Below are positions 8,385 to 16,748 of a stretch of DNA of 32,000 nucleotides, in pieces. Both the position numbers and the translations under genes were made by a program. Within the stretch, counting starts at the first letter, position 1, and each line of letters opens with the position of its first letter. Under the pieces are notes generated by a model. The model was not told where the DNA came from and ran no database searches. It saw nothing but the letters and a program-made list of their open reading frames with translations. Source of the stretch: Ferroglobus placidus DSM 10642 (GTDB lineage Archaea > Halobacteriota > Archaeoglobi > Archaeoglobales > Archaeoglobaceae); contig NC_013849.1 in assembly GCF_000025505.1 (NCBI RefSeq), positions 1,320,001 to 1,352,000 of the forward strand. The letters are read 5' to 3'.

Positions 8385-8906
8385 ATGACTGAAGAGCTAT
8401 TAAGCCGGGCTGAGAATTTATTAAAAAAATGGGACTCCCTCTTTGAGGAATTGAAGAAATTCGTTGATGAGGACCTTCCTAAAATAGAAACCAGTATAAA
8501 AAAGGTGGTTGAAAGAATGCATTTACTTGAGAATAGAGTCGATAAAATAGAGAAAAAGTTAGAGCGAATTGTTTTCGAAAACGAGAGTTTAAAAAAGACA
8601 TTCAACAATCTTAGGGAGGGGGTATTTACTTTAGAGGCGGAAATAAACGGAAAGATTGAAGGGTTAAAGTGTACATTTGAAACTCTTGAAAACAAGGTGG
8701 AAAATCTTTTGAAATATGAATCAGAAAAAAAAGCTGGTGAAGTTGGGAGCGAGGAACTAGAAAAGTTAAGAGAAGAAATAACAGAATTAAAGAAGAGCGT
8801 TGATCAATTATCTACGGAACTTTCTCAATTGAAAAGTAGTGTTACTGAAAAGTTTTGGTCTGTGAGAGAGAAAAAAGTGGAAAGTAAATCACCAAGAATT
8901 TTGTGA
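8385..8906 (+). CDS. Coiled-coil protein (173 aa, no TM segment), function unknown
   Basis: Its ATG immediately follows the actin-like stop codon. The charged heptad-rich sequence (ENRVDKIEKKLERI, LENKVENLLKYE, LEKLREEITELKKSVDQLSTELSQLK) indicates a coiled coil. Confidence 0.7.
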   Translation: MTEELLSRAENLLKKWDSLFEELKKFVDEDLPKIETSIKKVVERMHLLENRVDKIEKKLERIVFENESLKKTFNNLREGVFTLEAEINGKIEGLKCTFETLENKVENLLKYESEKKAGEVGSEELEKLREEITELKKSVDQLSTELSQLKSSVTEKFWSVREKKVESKSPRIL

Positions 8907-9712
8907 AAAATATGGAAATATATCCAGACTTTCTAGAATTAAAAAAGAAGCTTAAGAAAATTATTGAAGATTTTTATTCACTGAGGACAAAGGGAGCCAA
9001 GGTAATCTCTTTTCCGTCGGGGAAGGGTGGTGTGGGTAAAACAACAATAGTTCTAAATCTTGCGGCAGCTCTTGCGTTAAGTGGAAAGAGAGTAGCAATT
9101 GTTGATTTAAACCTTGCTTTACCTAATGTGTCTTTGTTTCTCCAGAATACTCCTAAAAAAACTGTAACGCACTTTCTTTGTGATGAAGCTGAACTAAGTG
9201 AAATTTTAGTTAAATTAAATATAAAAAAAGCAGAGATAGATGTTTTTCCAGCAGAATCAATTGTTAATTTAGGGAAAAAAGTTAAAATAGAACGAATCAG
9301 GGAGCTTATATTATATTTAAAGCCGAACTACGACTACATCCTTTTCGACCAATCTCCGGGCTTGTCGAAATTTGCGATCTATCCAACCCTTGTTGCGGAT
9401 GTAGTCTTCGTCGTTTCGGCAGATATAAAACCAGCTTATTTGGATGCGATTAAAGTTAGAGACGTTCTCGAGGAGAGCGGAGTTAATTTCAACGGATTCG
9501 TCGTGAACATGACGAAGAGAAATAATCTAAGGTACTTTTACAACGAGAGAGTTTACGCAACGATACCTTACGACTGGAGGTTGAAAAACGCTTTTTCTTC
9601 TGGAAAAACTGTTTTTCAGCTTCGTTTCGGCTTTTTATCTTCAAGCAAGAGAGCTTTTTCGAAATTCGCGGAAAAGCTAATTGAAGATTTTCCCCCAGAA
9701 AGAGTATGGTAA
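8903..9712 (+). CDS. MinD/ParA-family ATPase (deviant Walker A)
   Basis: SFPSGKGGVGKTTIVLNLAAALA is the deviant Walker A KGGxGKT, and the body is MinD-like (VAIVDLN, ILFDQSPG). The start is either GTG 8903, overlapping the upstream stop, or ATG 8912. Confidence 0.88.
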   Translation: MKNMEIYPDFLELKKKLKKIIEDFYSLRTKGAKVISFPSGKGGVGKTTIVLNLAAALALSGKRVAIVDLNLALPNVSLFLQNTPKKTVTHFLCDEAELSEILVKLNIKKAEIDVFPAESIVNLGKKVKIERIRELILYLKPNYDYILFDQSPGLSKFAIYPTLVADVVFVVSADIKPAYLDAIKVRDVLEESGVNFNGFVVNMTKRNNLRYFYNERVYATIPYDWRLKNAFSSGKTVFQLRFGFLSSSKRAFSKFAEKLIEDFPPERVW

Positions 9713-10233
9713 ACAAGTCTGAAGTTTTGAGGAAATCCGTACATCTTCTTGGTCTCCTTTACATTCCAGCCCTCTTTTATCTTGGAAAAGATTTTATGAG
9801 TGCTGCAGTTCTTTTACTGACAGCTTTTGCCTCTTTTTTAGAGATTATAAGAGCTAAAAAGGAGATTTTTCCCGATTCTATCCTTAGAGAATACGAAAAG
9901 AGGGGAGTTGGAGGCTACCTCTACACTGGTTTGGCATTCTCAATAATTACTCCCCTTTTTCCTCTAAAAGCTTGTGTAATAGCTGCCATTTGTGCCTTTG
10001 CTGGGGATGGCTTAGCCGGAATTTTCAAAAAAGTGAACAGAAAGCTGTCTTTTCCGACGTTTTTTACATTCTCTTACATTCTAAGTTTAACGCTCGGCTT
10101 GGACTGGAAGCTCACCTCAGTTACAATAATTATCTCGGCAATGTTCGATGGAAGAAAGTTTTTGAACGACAACTTCACGATTCCGATTTCCGCAGCGATT
10201 ACCTACCACTTTTTGACAACTTTGTTTGGGTAG
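9706..10233 (+). CDS. Small polytopic membrane protein, CTP-dependent polyprenol (dolichol/phytol) kinase-like family
   Basis: The N-terminal RKSVHLLG matches the RKxxHxxxG motif and FAGDGLAGIFKK matches the GDxxAxxxG motif, as recalled from dolichol/phytol kinases (cytidylyltransferase family 1). It has about 5 TM segments and overlaps the MinD-like gene by 7 nt. Confidence 0.5.
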   Translation: MVNKSEVLRKSVHLLGLLYIPALFYLGKDFMSAAVLLLTAFASFLEIIRAKKEIFPDSILREYEKRGVGGYLYTGLAFSIITPLFPLKACVIAAICAFAGDGLAGIFKKVNRKLSFPTFFTFSYILSLTLGLDWKLTSVTIIISAMFDGRKFLNDNFTIPISAAITYHFLTTLFG

Positions 10234-10252
10234 GAGCTGACGGATGATTTTA

Positions 10253-10327
10253 TGCTCCGGCCGGGATTTGAACCCGGGTCACGGGATCGAGAGTCCCGTA
10301 TGATTGGCCGGGCTACACCACCGGAGC
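10253..10327 (-). tRNA. tRNA-Glu: tRNA-Glu (anticodon CUC), no encoded CCA
   Basis: The reverse complement folds as a cloverleaf: GCTCCGG TG GTGTAGCCCGGCCAATCATAC GGGAC-CTCTCGA... The acceptor stem is GCUCCGG/CCGGAGC. The anticodon stem is CGGGA/UCCCG with loop CU-CUC-GA. The T arm is CCGGG-UUCAAAU-CCCGG and the discriminator is A. Confidence 0.93.
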
Positions 10328-10351
10328 TCGTAGCTTCATTTTTCGATTCTG

Positions 10352-10359
10352 ATTTATAA
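10352..10359 (-). promoter_or_regulatory. TATA box for tRNA-Glu
   Basis: TTATAAAT (minus sense) is centred about 28 nt upstream of the mature tRNA 5' end at 10327. Confidence 0.55.
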
Positions 10360-10417
10360 CACTTTTGATGGAAAAGCTTTTCTTTGTGTAATTACAAAAA
10401 TAAATCAGGTGAGTTAG

Positions 10418-10705
10418 ATGGGTATCTACGTTATTTTGTCGAGGTTGACGGACGAAGGGGCTGAGACTCTGAAAGAAAAACCGGAAAGAGTTAAGGAGGT
10501 CAATCAAGAACTCGAAAGAATGGGAGTTAAAGTTCTTCAGCAGTACGTGGTCTTCGGAGAGTACGATTTCGTCAACATCGTCGAAGCTCCGGACAACATT
10601 ACCGTCATGAAAGCCATGGTCGAACTTGCGAGCAGAGGGACTATAAGAACCGTTACAATGCCTGCCGTGCCGGTAGATGAGTTCCTCGAGGCTTTAAAGA
10701 AGTAA
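10418..10705 (+). CDS. GYD-domain protein
   Basis: The 95-aa protein has a typical GYD-family layout (YVILSRLTDEG...FGEYDFVNIVEAPDN...GTIRTVTMPA). An SD-like CAGGTGAG lies at 10406-10413. Confidence 0.8.
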   Translation: MGIYVILSRLTDEGAETLKEKPERVKEVNQELERMGVKVLQQYVVFGEYDFVNIVEAPDNITVMKAMVELASRGTIRTVTMPAVPVDEFLEALKK

Positions 10706-11800
10706 TCATTCGAGAACGAAGACCGAGCAGTTTAACCCGCCGTACATAACGTTTCTTTCCTCTTTTATTTCGAAAAACTTTTCAGCGTAATGCCTCGCTA
10801 TGTTCTTTTCGGCTGTTATCATCACGAGCTTTTTTTCGAGTACTTTCGAAGCGGACTCGAGAAATTTCGAATAAAGATCTTCGATAATCCCCTTTCTTGC
10901 GATTCTCAAGCCGTAAGGAGGGTTGGTTACAATGAAATCTATGCTGTCGAAGTATTCGTCGAGCTTTCTTGCGTCTCCTTGAATGTAAGTTACCGGAATT
11001 CCGACGTATTCAGCTATTTTTCTCGCTCCTTCTACGTGCTTTTTGAACTTTTCCATTCCGTAAAGCTTCAACTCGACGTCCTTCTCTTCCCATTCCGGTT
11101 CTGGAAGTTTGAACAGCTTTTTGTAAGCGTAATTCTCTCTGAACTTGCAAACGGGAATGTTCTTAGCGATCATTCCGGCTTCTATCAAGATCGTTCCGCT
11201 CCCGCACATCGGATCGAGTAGGCTGTAGTTGTGACTCCACCCGGAAAGCCTGACAAGAGAGGAGGCGATAGTGGGATTCAGAGGGGCTGGATGCTGGTAG
11301 ATTCTGTAGTTTCTTTTGTGCAAGGCTTCGTCTCCAGTGGTGTCGACTCCCACAACGAAATCGTCATCCACCAAATCGCATCTTATTATAACGTCCGGCT
11401 CGTCCAGATTAACTCTCAGCCTGACTCCGAAATCCTCTTTGTATCTGTCTATCACAGCCTGTCCGGCTTCCCTCGCTATGTCGATGGAGGTGAAGCCGTG
11501 TTCTCCAACTCTGTTTGCCCTTATGGCAAAGCTCTGCTCCGGCTTTATAAAAGAAAAGTCGATACTTTTCACCGCTTTATACACATCCTCAAGCTTTTCA
11601 ACTTTAAACCTTCCGAGGAGGAGGACTATCCTTTCCGAGCAGCGGGAAAAGCAGTTTAGTTTTGGAATGTCTTCTATTTCAGCCTCAAAAAATACTCTAC
11701 CTTTGCCTTTTCTCTCCTCTTTTATTCTGCAGCCTAACTCTTTAAGCTCTTCAGCCGCAACGTCCTCTAACCCGGGAGCGGTTGTAGAGTAAAAGATCAT
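10706..11800 (-). CDS. THUMP-domain N2-guanine/N6-adenine-type RNA methyltransferase (Trm14/TrmN/RlmL-like)
   Basis: SAM motif [14 protein letters not shown] and motif IV VTNPPYG are present. The N-terminal ferredoxin-like/THUMP region has the expected length. The gene overlaps the hmgA stop by 4 nt. Confidence 0.82.
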   Translation of the reverse strand: MIFYSTTAPGLEDVAAEELKELGCRIKEERKGKGRVFFEAEIEDIPKLNCFSRCSERIVLLLGRFKVEKLEDVYKAVKSIDFSFIKPEQSFAIRANRVGEHGFTSIDIAREAGQAVIDRYKEDFGVRLRVNLDEPDVIIRCDLVDDDFVVGVDTTGDEALHKRNYRIYQHPAPLNPTIASSLVRLSGWSHNYSLLDPMCGSGTILIEAGMIAKNIPVCKFRENYAYKKLFKLPEPEWEEKDVELKLYGMEKFKKHVEGARKIAEYVGIPVTYIQGDARKLDEYFDSIDFIVTNPPYGLRIARKGIIEDLYSKFLESASKVLEKKLVMITAEKNIARHYAEKFFEIKEERNVMYGGLNCSVFVLE

Positions 11801-13056
11801 TTTTTCCTTATTTCTTCGAGAACTTCCTTGGCTCTATCGAGCCTTACCTTCCTCTCCCTCACGAGAATCTCGACGACTTTGTCTATCTCCTCTCCAACGG
11901 CTCCAGCCATTATCGCGACGTTTCTCGCGTGCAATTCCATGTGCCCTCTCTGAATTCCTTCGGTGGCGAGAGCTCTTAGAGCAGCAAAGTTCTGGGCTAA
12001 ACCGACTGCTGCGAGAACCCTTGCGAGTTCTTCGGCTGAGTTAACTCCGAGTATTTTCAAACAGATTTTTGCGAGAGGATTTACCTTCGTTGCTCCTCCT
12101 ATAACTCCAACAGCCATCGGCAGCTCTATCGTACCAACGAGGTCTCCGTCCTCGTTAACTTCATACCTCGTTAGAGGTTTGTAGCCGTGAATAGCAGCGT
12201 AAGCATGAGCTCCAGCTTCAACAGCCCTGAAATCGTTTCCGGTGGCTATGACAACGGCAGATATACCGTTCATTATTCCTTTATTGTGGGTGGCACACCT
12301 AAACGGGTCTGCTTCTGCAAAAGCGTAAGCCTGCATTATTCCTTCTACGACTTCCTCTCCACCAATAACGTTTTTGTCGAAGATCGCCTTAGCTCTTGCA
12401 AGCCTGTAAACGGCTAAGTTCGAAATTATTCTGAGATAAACTTTTCCTCCGGTTATTCTCTCTATCAGCGGAGCTACGGCTTCAGCCATCGTATTTACGG
12501 CATTAGCACCCATCGCATCTTTCACGTCAACGAGCAAGTGAACTATTAGCATTTCTCCAAATCTCGTGTTTATAACTCGGGCTTCAACGTCCTTACACCC
12601 TCCACCAAGATTTACGAGAATCGGGTCTTGCTCGTTAGCCTTCTCGATTATTTCTTCCTTATGCCTTAAAACTTCAAATTTTGCCGAATTCGGGTCTTTA
12701 AGCTTCGTCACCTGTATCTGTCCGATCATTATGTTGCCGGAGTAGTCCGTGAAAAATCCTCCTTTTGCCCTCGCCATCTTCGCAGCGTTGCTTGCTGCAG
12801 CTACAACGCTCGGCTCTTCAATAGCCATGGGAATTAAGTACTCCTTTCCGTCGATGAGGAAGTTCGTGGCTATGCCGAGGGGAAGCTCGAAAGTTCCTAT
12901 GACGTTTTCTATCATTCTATCAGCTATATCGTTCGGCAAACCCTTTTCGAGAAGAGCGTTCATTTCTTCTTCGCTCAAATTAGCGAATTCGGCAACTTTT
13001 CTCAATCTTTCTTTAACGCTCAGCTTGTAAAAACCCGGGATTCTGGAAGTTTTCAT
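11797..13056 (-). CDS. hmgA: HMG-CoA reductase, class II (bacterial type)
   Basis: The 419-aa protein is near-collinear with the Pseudomonas mevalonii class II enzyme as I recall it: [85 protein letters not shown]. Confidence 0.93.
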   Translation of the reverse strand: MKTSRIPGFYKLSVKERLRKVAEFANLSEEEMNALLEKGLPNDIADRMIENVIGTFELPLGIATNFLIDGKEYLIPMAIEEPSVVAAASNAAKMARAKGGFFTDYSGNIMIGQIQVTKLKDPNSAKFEVLRHKEEIIEKANEQDPILVNLGGGCKDVEARVINTRFGEMLIVHLLVDVKDAMGANAVNTMAEAVAPLIERITGGKVYLRIISNLAVYRLARAKAIFDKNVIGGEEVVEGIMQAYAFAEADPFRCATHNKGIMNGISAVVIATGNDFRAVEAGAHAYAAIHGYKPLTRYEVNEDGDLVGTIELPMAVGVIGGATKVNPLAKICLKILGVNSAEELARVLAAVGLAQNFAALRALATEGIQRGHMELHARNVAIMAGAVGEEIDKVVEILVRERKVRLDRAKEVLEEIRKK

Positions 13057-13076
13057 GGGGTGAAGTTGAATAAGAG

Positions 13077-13087
13077 TTATTTATTAA
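13077..13087. promoter_or_regulatory. Single AT-rich TATA-like element shared by divergent hmgA and the UbiD-like gene
   Basis: TTATTTATTAA is the only AT-rich box in the 48-nt gap. It is centred 26 nt from the hmgA ATG (13056) and 23 nt from ATG 13105, which is compatible with two divergent leaderless transcripts. Confidence 0.45.
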
Positions 13088-13104
13088 GCTTTCCTACGAG
13101 AGCT

Positions 13105-14331
13105 ATGAATTTCAGAGACGCTATGAATGTAGTGGAATACGAGGTTGTGGAAGAGGAAATAAAGCACGATGAGGTGGTGGATTTTCTTAAAAAGAGAAAG
13201 CTCCTCGACAAACCCTGCCTTCTGAACGTTGAAGGAAAAAGGGTTGCCACGAACTTCGTTTCCAGCAGAGAACTTGTGGCTAAGTATCTGGGAGTTAAAA
13301 AGGAGGAGCTCGTCAAAGTTCTTGCTAAAGTTGAAAGCGGAGACGTTTCAGTTCGCGAGATGAATTATGATGAGCTGAGAGATTTGAACGATTTGCCGAT
13401 AATTAAGTATTTCGAGGGGGATGGGGGAAGATACATAACAGCCGGAGTTGTTATCGCTTGCAAAGATCCCGAGAATTTCAGCACTTACAACGCGAGCATC
13501 CACCGCCTCATGGTTGTCGATGAGAAAAAGCTTGCCGCAAGGTTAGTTCCTCCGAGACACACTTACCTTCTCTGGAGGGATGCGGTGGAGAAGGGAGAAG
13601 AGCTTGAGATTGCCGTATGCATAGGAGTTCATCCTCTTTTCATGCTCGCCTCTTCTACAAGGCTTCCAGAAGGAAAGGAGTTTTACTACGCTGCCGGGCT
13701 GATGGGGGGATTAGAAGTTTCCGATGTGGATGGAATTTACTGTCCGGAATCTGAGGTGATAATCAGAGGAAGAATCACAGCTGAAACTGTTAAGGAGGGT
13801 CCTTTTGTAGATATAACGGGAACTTACGATCTCGTGAGAGATGAGCCGGTTGTGGAGGTGGATAAAATTTACGCAAAGGAAGATTTCATATACTACTCGA
13901 TAACTCCCGCTTCAAAGGAGCACCAGATTTTGATGGGTCTTCCGGCGGAGCCCGAAATTTATAAAGCTGTTTCAAAGGTTTGCAGAGTGAAAAACGTTGT
14001 TTTAACTCCAGGAGGAAGACACTGGTTGCATGCGGTGGTTCAGATAGAAAAGAGGACTGAAGGAGATGGAAAGAATGCTATATTGGCTGCTTTCGCAGCT
14101 CATCCGAGTTTGAAGCACGTGGTTGTGGTTGACGACGACATCGACGTATACAATTACGAAGATATCGAGTTTGCCATAGCCACGAGGTTTCAGGCTGATA
14201 GAGATCTGGTCGTAGTTAGCGGGGCGAGGGGAAGCAGTTTAGATCCGTCAGCGAAGGACAACATAACGGCCAAGATGGGTATAGATGCGACGATGAAAGG
14301 TGATAGAACGAAATTCAAAAGAGTTCTTTAA
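13105..14331 (+). CDS. UbiD-family (prFMN-dependent) decarboxylase; candidate anhydromevalonate-phosphate decarboxylase of the archaeal mevalonate pathway
   Basis: The body is UbiD-like (GGRYITAGVVI, NASIHRLMVV, GPFVDITGTYD, VVVVDDDIDVYN) and about 408 aa, shorter than bacterial UbiD. ATG 13105 is preferred over the GTG at 13060 in the ORF track, which would leave no promoter space. Confidence 0.8.
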   Translation: MNFRDAMNVVEYEVVEEEIKHDEVVDFLKKRKLLDKPCLLNVEGKRVATNFVSSRELVAKYLGVKKEELVKVLAKVESGDVSVREMNYDELRDLNDLPIIKYFEGDGGRYITAGVVIACKDPENFSTYNASIHRLMVVDEKKLAARLVPPRHTYLLWRDAVEKGEELEIAVCIGVHPLFMLASSTRLPEGKEFYYAAGLMGGLEVSDVDGIYCPESEVIIRGRITAETVKEGPFVDITGTYDLVRDEPVVEVDKIYAKEDFIYYSITPASKEHQILMGLPAEPEIYKAVSKVCRVKNVVLTPGGRHWLHAVVQIEKRTEGDGKNAILAAFAAHPSLKHVVVVDDDIDVYNYEDIEFAIATRFQADRDLVVVSGARGSSLDPSAKDNITAKMGIDATMKGDRTKFKRVL

Positions 14332-14384
14332 ATTTCGAAAAGATTAAATTATGAAATCCTCACCAAGGTTTGGAGGTGTTTTGC

Positions 14385-14555
14385 ATGCCGGCTAAGGTTA
14401 ACCCGGACCTGTGCACAGCCTGCGGAACGTGCGTGGATGAGTGCCCTGTCGGAGCTATAGAGTTGAACGATGTGGCTGTGGTAAATGAAGACGTCTGCAC
14501 CGAATGCGGAACTTGCGTAGACGTTTGCCCGAACGATGCTATAACGATTGAGTGA
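14385..14555 (+). CDS. 2x[4Fe-4S] ferredoxin
   Basis: Two CxxCxxCxxxCP motifs are present ([24 protein letters not shown]). GGAGGTG lies 7 nt upstream of ATG 14385, so the TTG at 14370 in the track is unlikely. Confidence 0.88.
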   Translation: MPAKVNPDLCTACGTCVDECPVGAIELNDVAVVNEDVCTECGTCVDVCPNDAITIE

Positions 14556-14592
14556 GCGGTAAGTTTTTAACTAACTCAAACTTTCTTTTTTT

Positions 14593-15228
14593 ATGGGCTT
14601 GTTGCTATCACTAAAGAAGAAGTTCGGCTTTATCCTTAAGCTATTCTTCAAAAAAGACAAGATGCGGATAGGAATTTACGGTCCGCCAAATGCGGGCAAA
14701 ACGACTCTCGCGAACAGAATTCTGAGAGACTGGACTGGCGATGTGATGGGAGTAGAAAGCGAAATCCCCCACGAGACGAGGAGGGCTAAGCTTAGAGAAG
14801 GAGTAAAGATAGAGGTGGACGGAAAATCTCTAACCATAGACATCGTCGACACTCCTGGCATAGCTACGAAAATAGACTTTCACGACTTCTTAAAGTACGG
14901 AATGAGCGAGGAGGAAGCTAAAAGGAGGGCGAAAGAGGCTACCGAAGGAGTTATCGAAGCTATAAAGTGGCTCGACGATTTAGACGGAGTGCTTCTCGTT
15001 ATGGATTCAACCGAAGATCCTTACACGCAGGTGAACGTTACTATAGTCGGTAACATAGAGGCGAGGGGTTTGCCTTTGCTCATAGTGGCGAATAAAATAG
15101 ATCTGCCTAACGCTTCTCCGGCGAGAATAAAATCCGCTTTTCCTCAACACACTGTGGTGCCGATTTCGGCTCTTAAGGGAATAAACATAGAAAACCTCTA
15201 CAGAGCGATGGCTGAGAAGTTCGGGTGA
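14593..15228 (+). CDS. Small GTP-binding protein with a basic/hydrophobic N-terminal extension
   Basis: The GTPase motifs are G1 [10 protein letters not shown]3 DTPG and G4 NKID. The N-terminal 23 aa are [23 protein letters not shown]. An AT-rich TTTTTAACTA is centred about 24 nt upstream of ATG 14593. Confidence 0.85.
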   Translation: MGLLLSLKKKFGFILKLFFKKDKMRIGIYGPPNAGKTTLANRILRDWTGDVMGVESEIPHETRRAKLREGVKIEVDGKSLTIDIVDTPGIATKIDFHDFLKYGMSEEEAKRRAKEATEGVIEAIKWLDDLDGVLLVMDSTEDPYTQVNVTIVGNIEARGLPLLIVANKIDLPNASPARIKSAFPQHTVVPISALKGINIENLYRAMAEKFG

Positions 15229-15584
15229 TGGTTATGGAGGGCGTTCAGCTGAGCCTGATCTCTAAGGAAAAGCTCGAAAAAATGGCTTCAATGGAGAAGC
15301 TCAGAATGATTCTCGACAGCGTGAAAGAGGGAAAGATAGTAGTCCTCGAAAGCGGATTAACACCTGAGGAGGAGGCTAAGCTCATAGAAATGACTATGCT
15401 GGAAATAGATCACGAGAACTTCGTTGGAATCGAAGTAGAAAGCTATCCCTACAAGGAGAGCTTCCTCTCCAAAATATTCGGAAAGAAGAAAGGTAGATTG
15501 ACCGTCATAGGACCTGCTAACAGGCTGAAGACTTTGGAAAAGAAAGAAGATTTGATAACGGCTCTCGTTAAAATAGGGGATTGA
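15225..15584 (+). CDS. Conserved archaeal hypothetical protein (tentatively DUF2073-type)
   Basis: Its start overlaps the GTPase stop (GTG 15225, ATG 15228 or 15234). The sequence is compact and acidic ([38 protein letters not shown]). The family name is recalled from memory, not searched. Confidence 0.65.
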   Translation: MMVMEGVQLSLISKEKLEKMASMEKLRMILDSVKEGKIVVLESGLTPEEEAKLIEMTMLEIDHENFVGIEVESYPYKESFLSKIFGKKKGRLTVIGPANRLKTLEKKEDLITALVKIGD

Positions 15585-15585
15585 A

Positions 15586-15885
15586 ATGCCTCATCAGTGC
15601 ACGAAATGCGGAAAAATCTTCGCCGACGGCGACGTGAATATTTTAAAAGGTTGCGAGTGCGGAAACAACAAATTTCTTTACATCCCTAAGGTTAAGGGAA
15701 GGGAGAAGGAGGAGCTTGAGGAGCAGTTCGAGAAAATCGAGAGCGTTAGGATAATCGCTCCGGGAACTTACGAGATAAACATCGAGAAACTTCTTGAGAG
15801 GGACGAAATCATAATCGCCCTTCAAGAAAACGGAAGATACGCCATTCATCTACCTTCTCTCGTTAAAAAGAAGAAGAGAAAATGA
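15586..15885 (+). CDS. Zn-ribbon protein (tentatively DUF2072-type)
   Basis: The N-terminal segment CTKCGKIF...GCECGNNKF provides a four-Cys ribbon. The gene starts 1 nt after the upstream stop and ends in a basic tail, KKKKRK. Confidence 0.7.
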   Translation: MPHQCTKCGKIFADGDVNILKGCECGNNKFLYIPKVKGREKEELEEQFEKIESVRIIAPGTYEINIEKLLERDEIIIALQENGRYAIHLPSLVKKKKRK

Positions 15886-16748
15886 GGTTAAAACTCCTTC
15901 TCGTCCTGTACGCGTTTTCGATCTCTATAAAGCTTATGGGCTATTTGAAAACGAACTATCTTATTCTTCTCGCCGAATCTCTCCACAACCTAACCGATGT
16001 CGTGATTCTCCTAAACCTCCTCTACGCTTTAAGAGTAGCTTCGAAGCCAGCCGATTACTCCCACCCCCTCGGTCACGGACTGGCTGTTAACATCGGTTCG
16101 CTGATTGCCGGAGTCGCTTTCATAACGATAATCTCCTACGAGCTCGTTAAGGAAGGTATAAGCAGAATTTTTTACGAAGCAGAATACGGCGAAGGAGCTT
16201 ATCTTTACATGCTCGCAAGTATGCTCCCGATAGTTCTCGCTTTTTTCGTAATGGAAAAGAGGGGTGTGGCTGAAAAAACTGCCAAAATGGAACTTAGGAA
16301 CGACATTCTCTCCGGGTTTTCCGCCACTTTCGGAGTTCTTGCTGCCGAAAGGTTTGCGATAATCGACTCAGCTTTTACCATCTTCATCGCAGCTATTATC
16401 GGCTACAGTGGTTACATGCTCGTGAAGGAAAATTCGAGAATTTTAATGGGAGCGAGTCCAGACGAAGAGTTCTACGATAAAGTTAAGAAAATTGCCGAGT
16501 CTTTTGAAGAAGTTCGCAGCGTTCACGATGTAATTGCCACCTACATGGGGGAAAACAAGATTCACGTTGACATGCACGTGGTCGTTGACGGGGAAATGAC
16601 CGTAAGAGAAGCTGATAGGCTTACGGAAAAAATAGCGAAGAAGATGATGGAGAACATTCCGGAGCTCGGCTACGTTACGATTCACGTTTGTGCTGAGGAG
16701 AAGGACAGGCTGAAATCTACCTACGAGAAAATAATGGGGGAAATATGA
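15882..16748 (+). CDS. Cation diffusion facilitator (CDF) family metal efflux transporter
   Basis: It has six TM segments with HNLTDVV and DSAFTI metal-site-like motifs. The C-terminal cytoplasmic domain reads VHDVIATYMGENKIHVDMHVVVDGEMTVREADRLTEKI. Confidence 0.85.
   Translation: MRLKLLLVLYAFSISIKLMGYLKTNYLILLAESLHNLTDVVILLNLLYALRVASKPADYSHPLGHGLAVNIGSLIAGVAFITIISYELVKEGISRIFYEAEYGEGAYLYMLASMLPIVLAFFVMEKRGVAEKTAKMELRNDILSGFSATFGVLAAERFAIIDSAFTIFIAAIIGYSGYMLVKENSRILMGASPDEEFYDKVKKIAESFEEVRSVHDVIATYMGENKIHVDMHVVVDGEMTVREADRLTEKIAKKMMENIPELGYVTIHVCAEEKDRLKSTYEKIMGEI

Noticed and set aside
9706-10233. CDP-archaeol synthase (CarS) as the identity of the 175-aa membrane protein
   Set aside because: Size and topology fit, but the sequence lacks the CarS-type GDGKTWRG-like motif I recall. 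It carries RKxxH and GDGLAG motifs instead, which are more typical of polyprenol kinases.
10352-10417. The tRNA-Glu TATA box (ATTTATAA) acting bidirectionally for the GYD gene as well
   Set aside because: This is possible (about 60 nt upstream of ATG 10418, with an SD in between). However, another A-rich stretch (10391-10405) is also available, and the sequence alone cannot discriminate between them.
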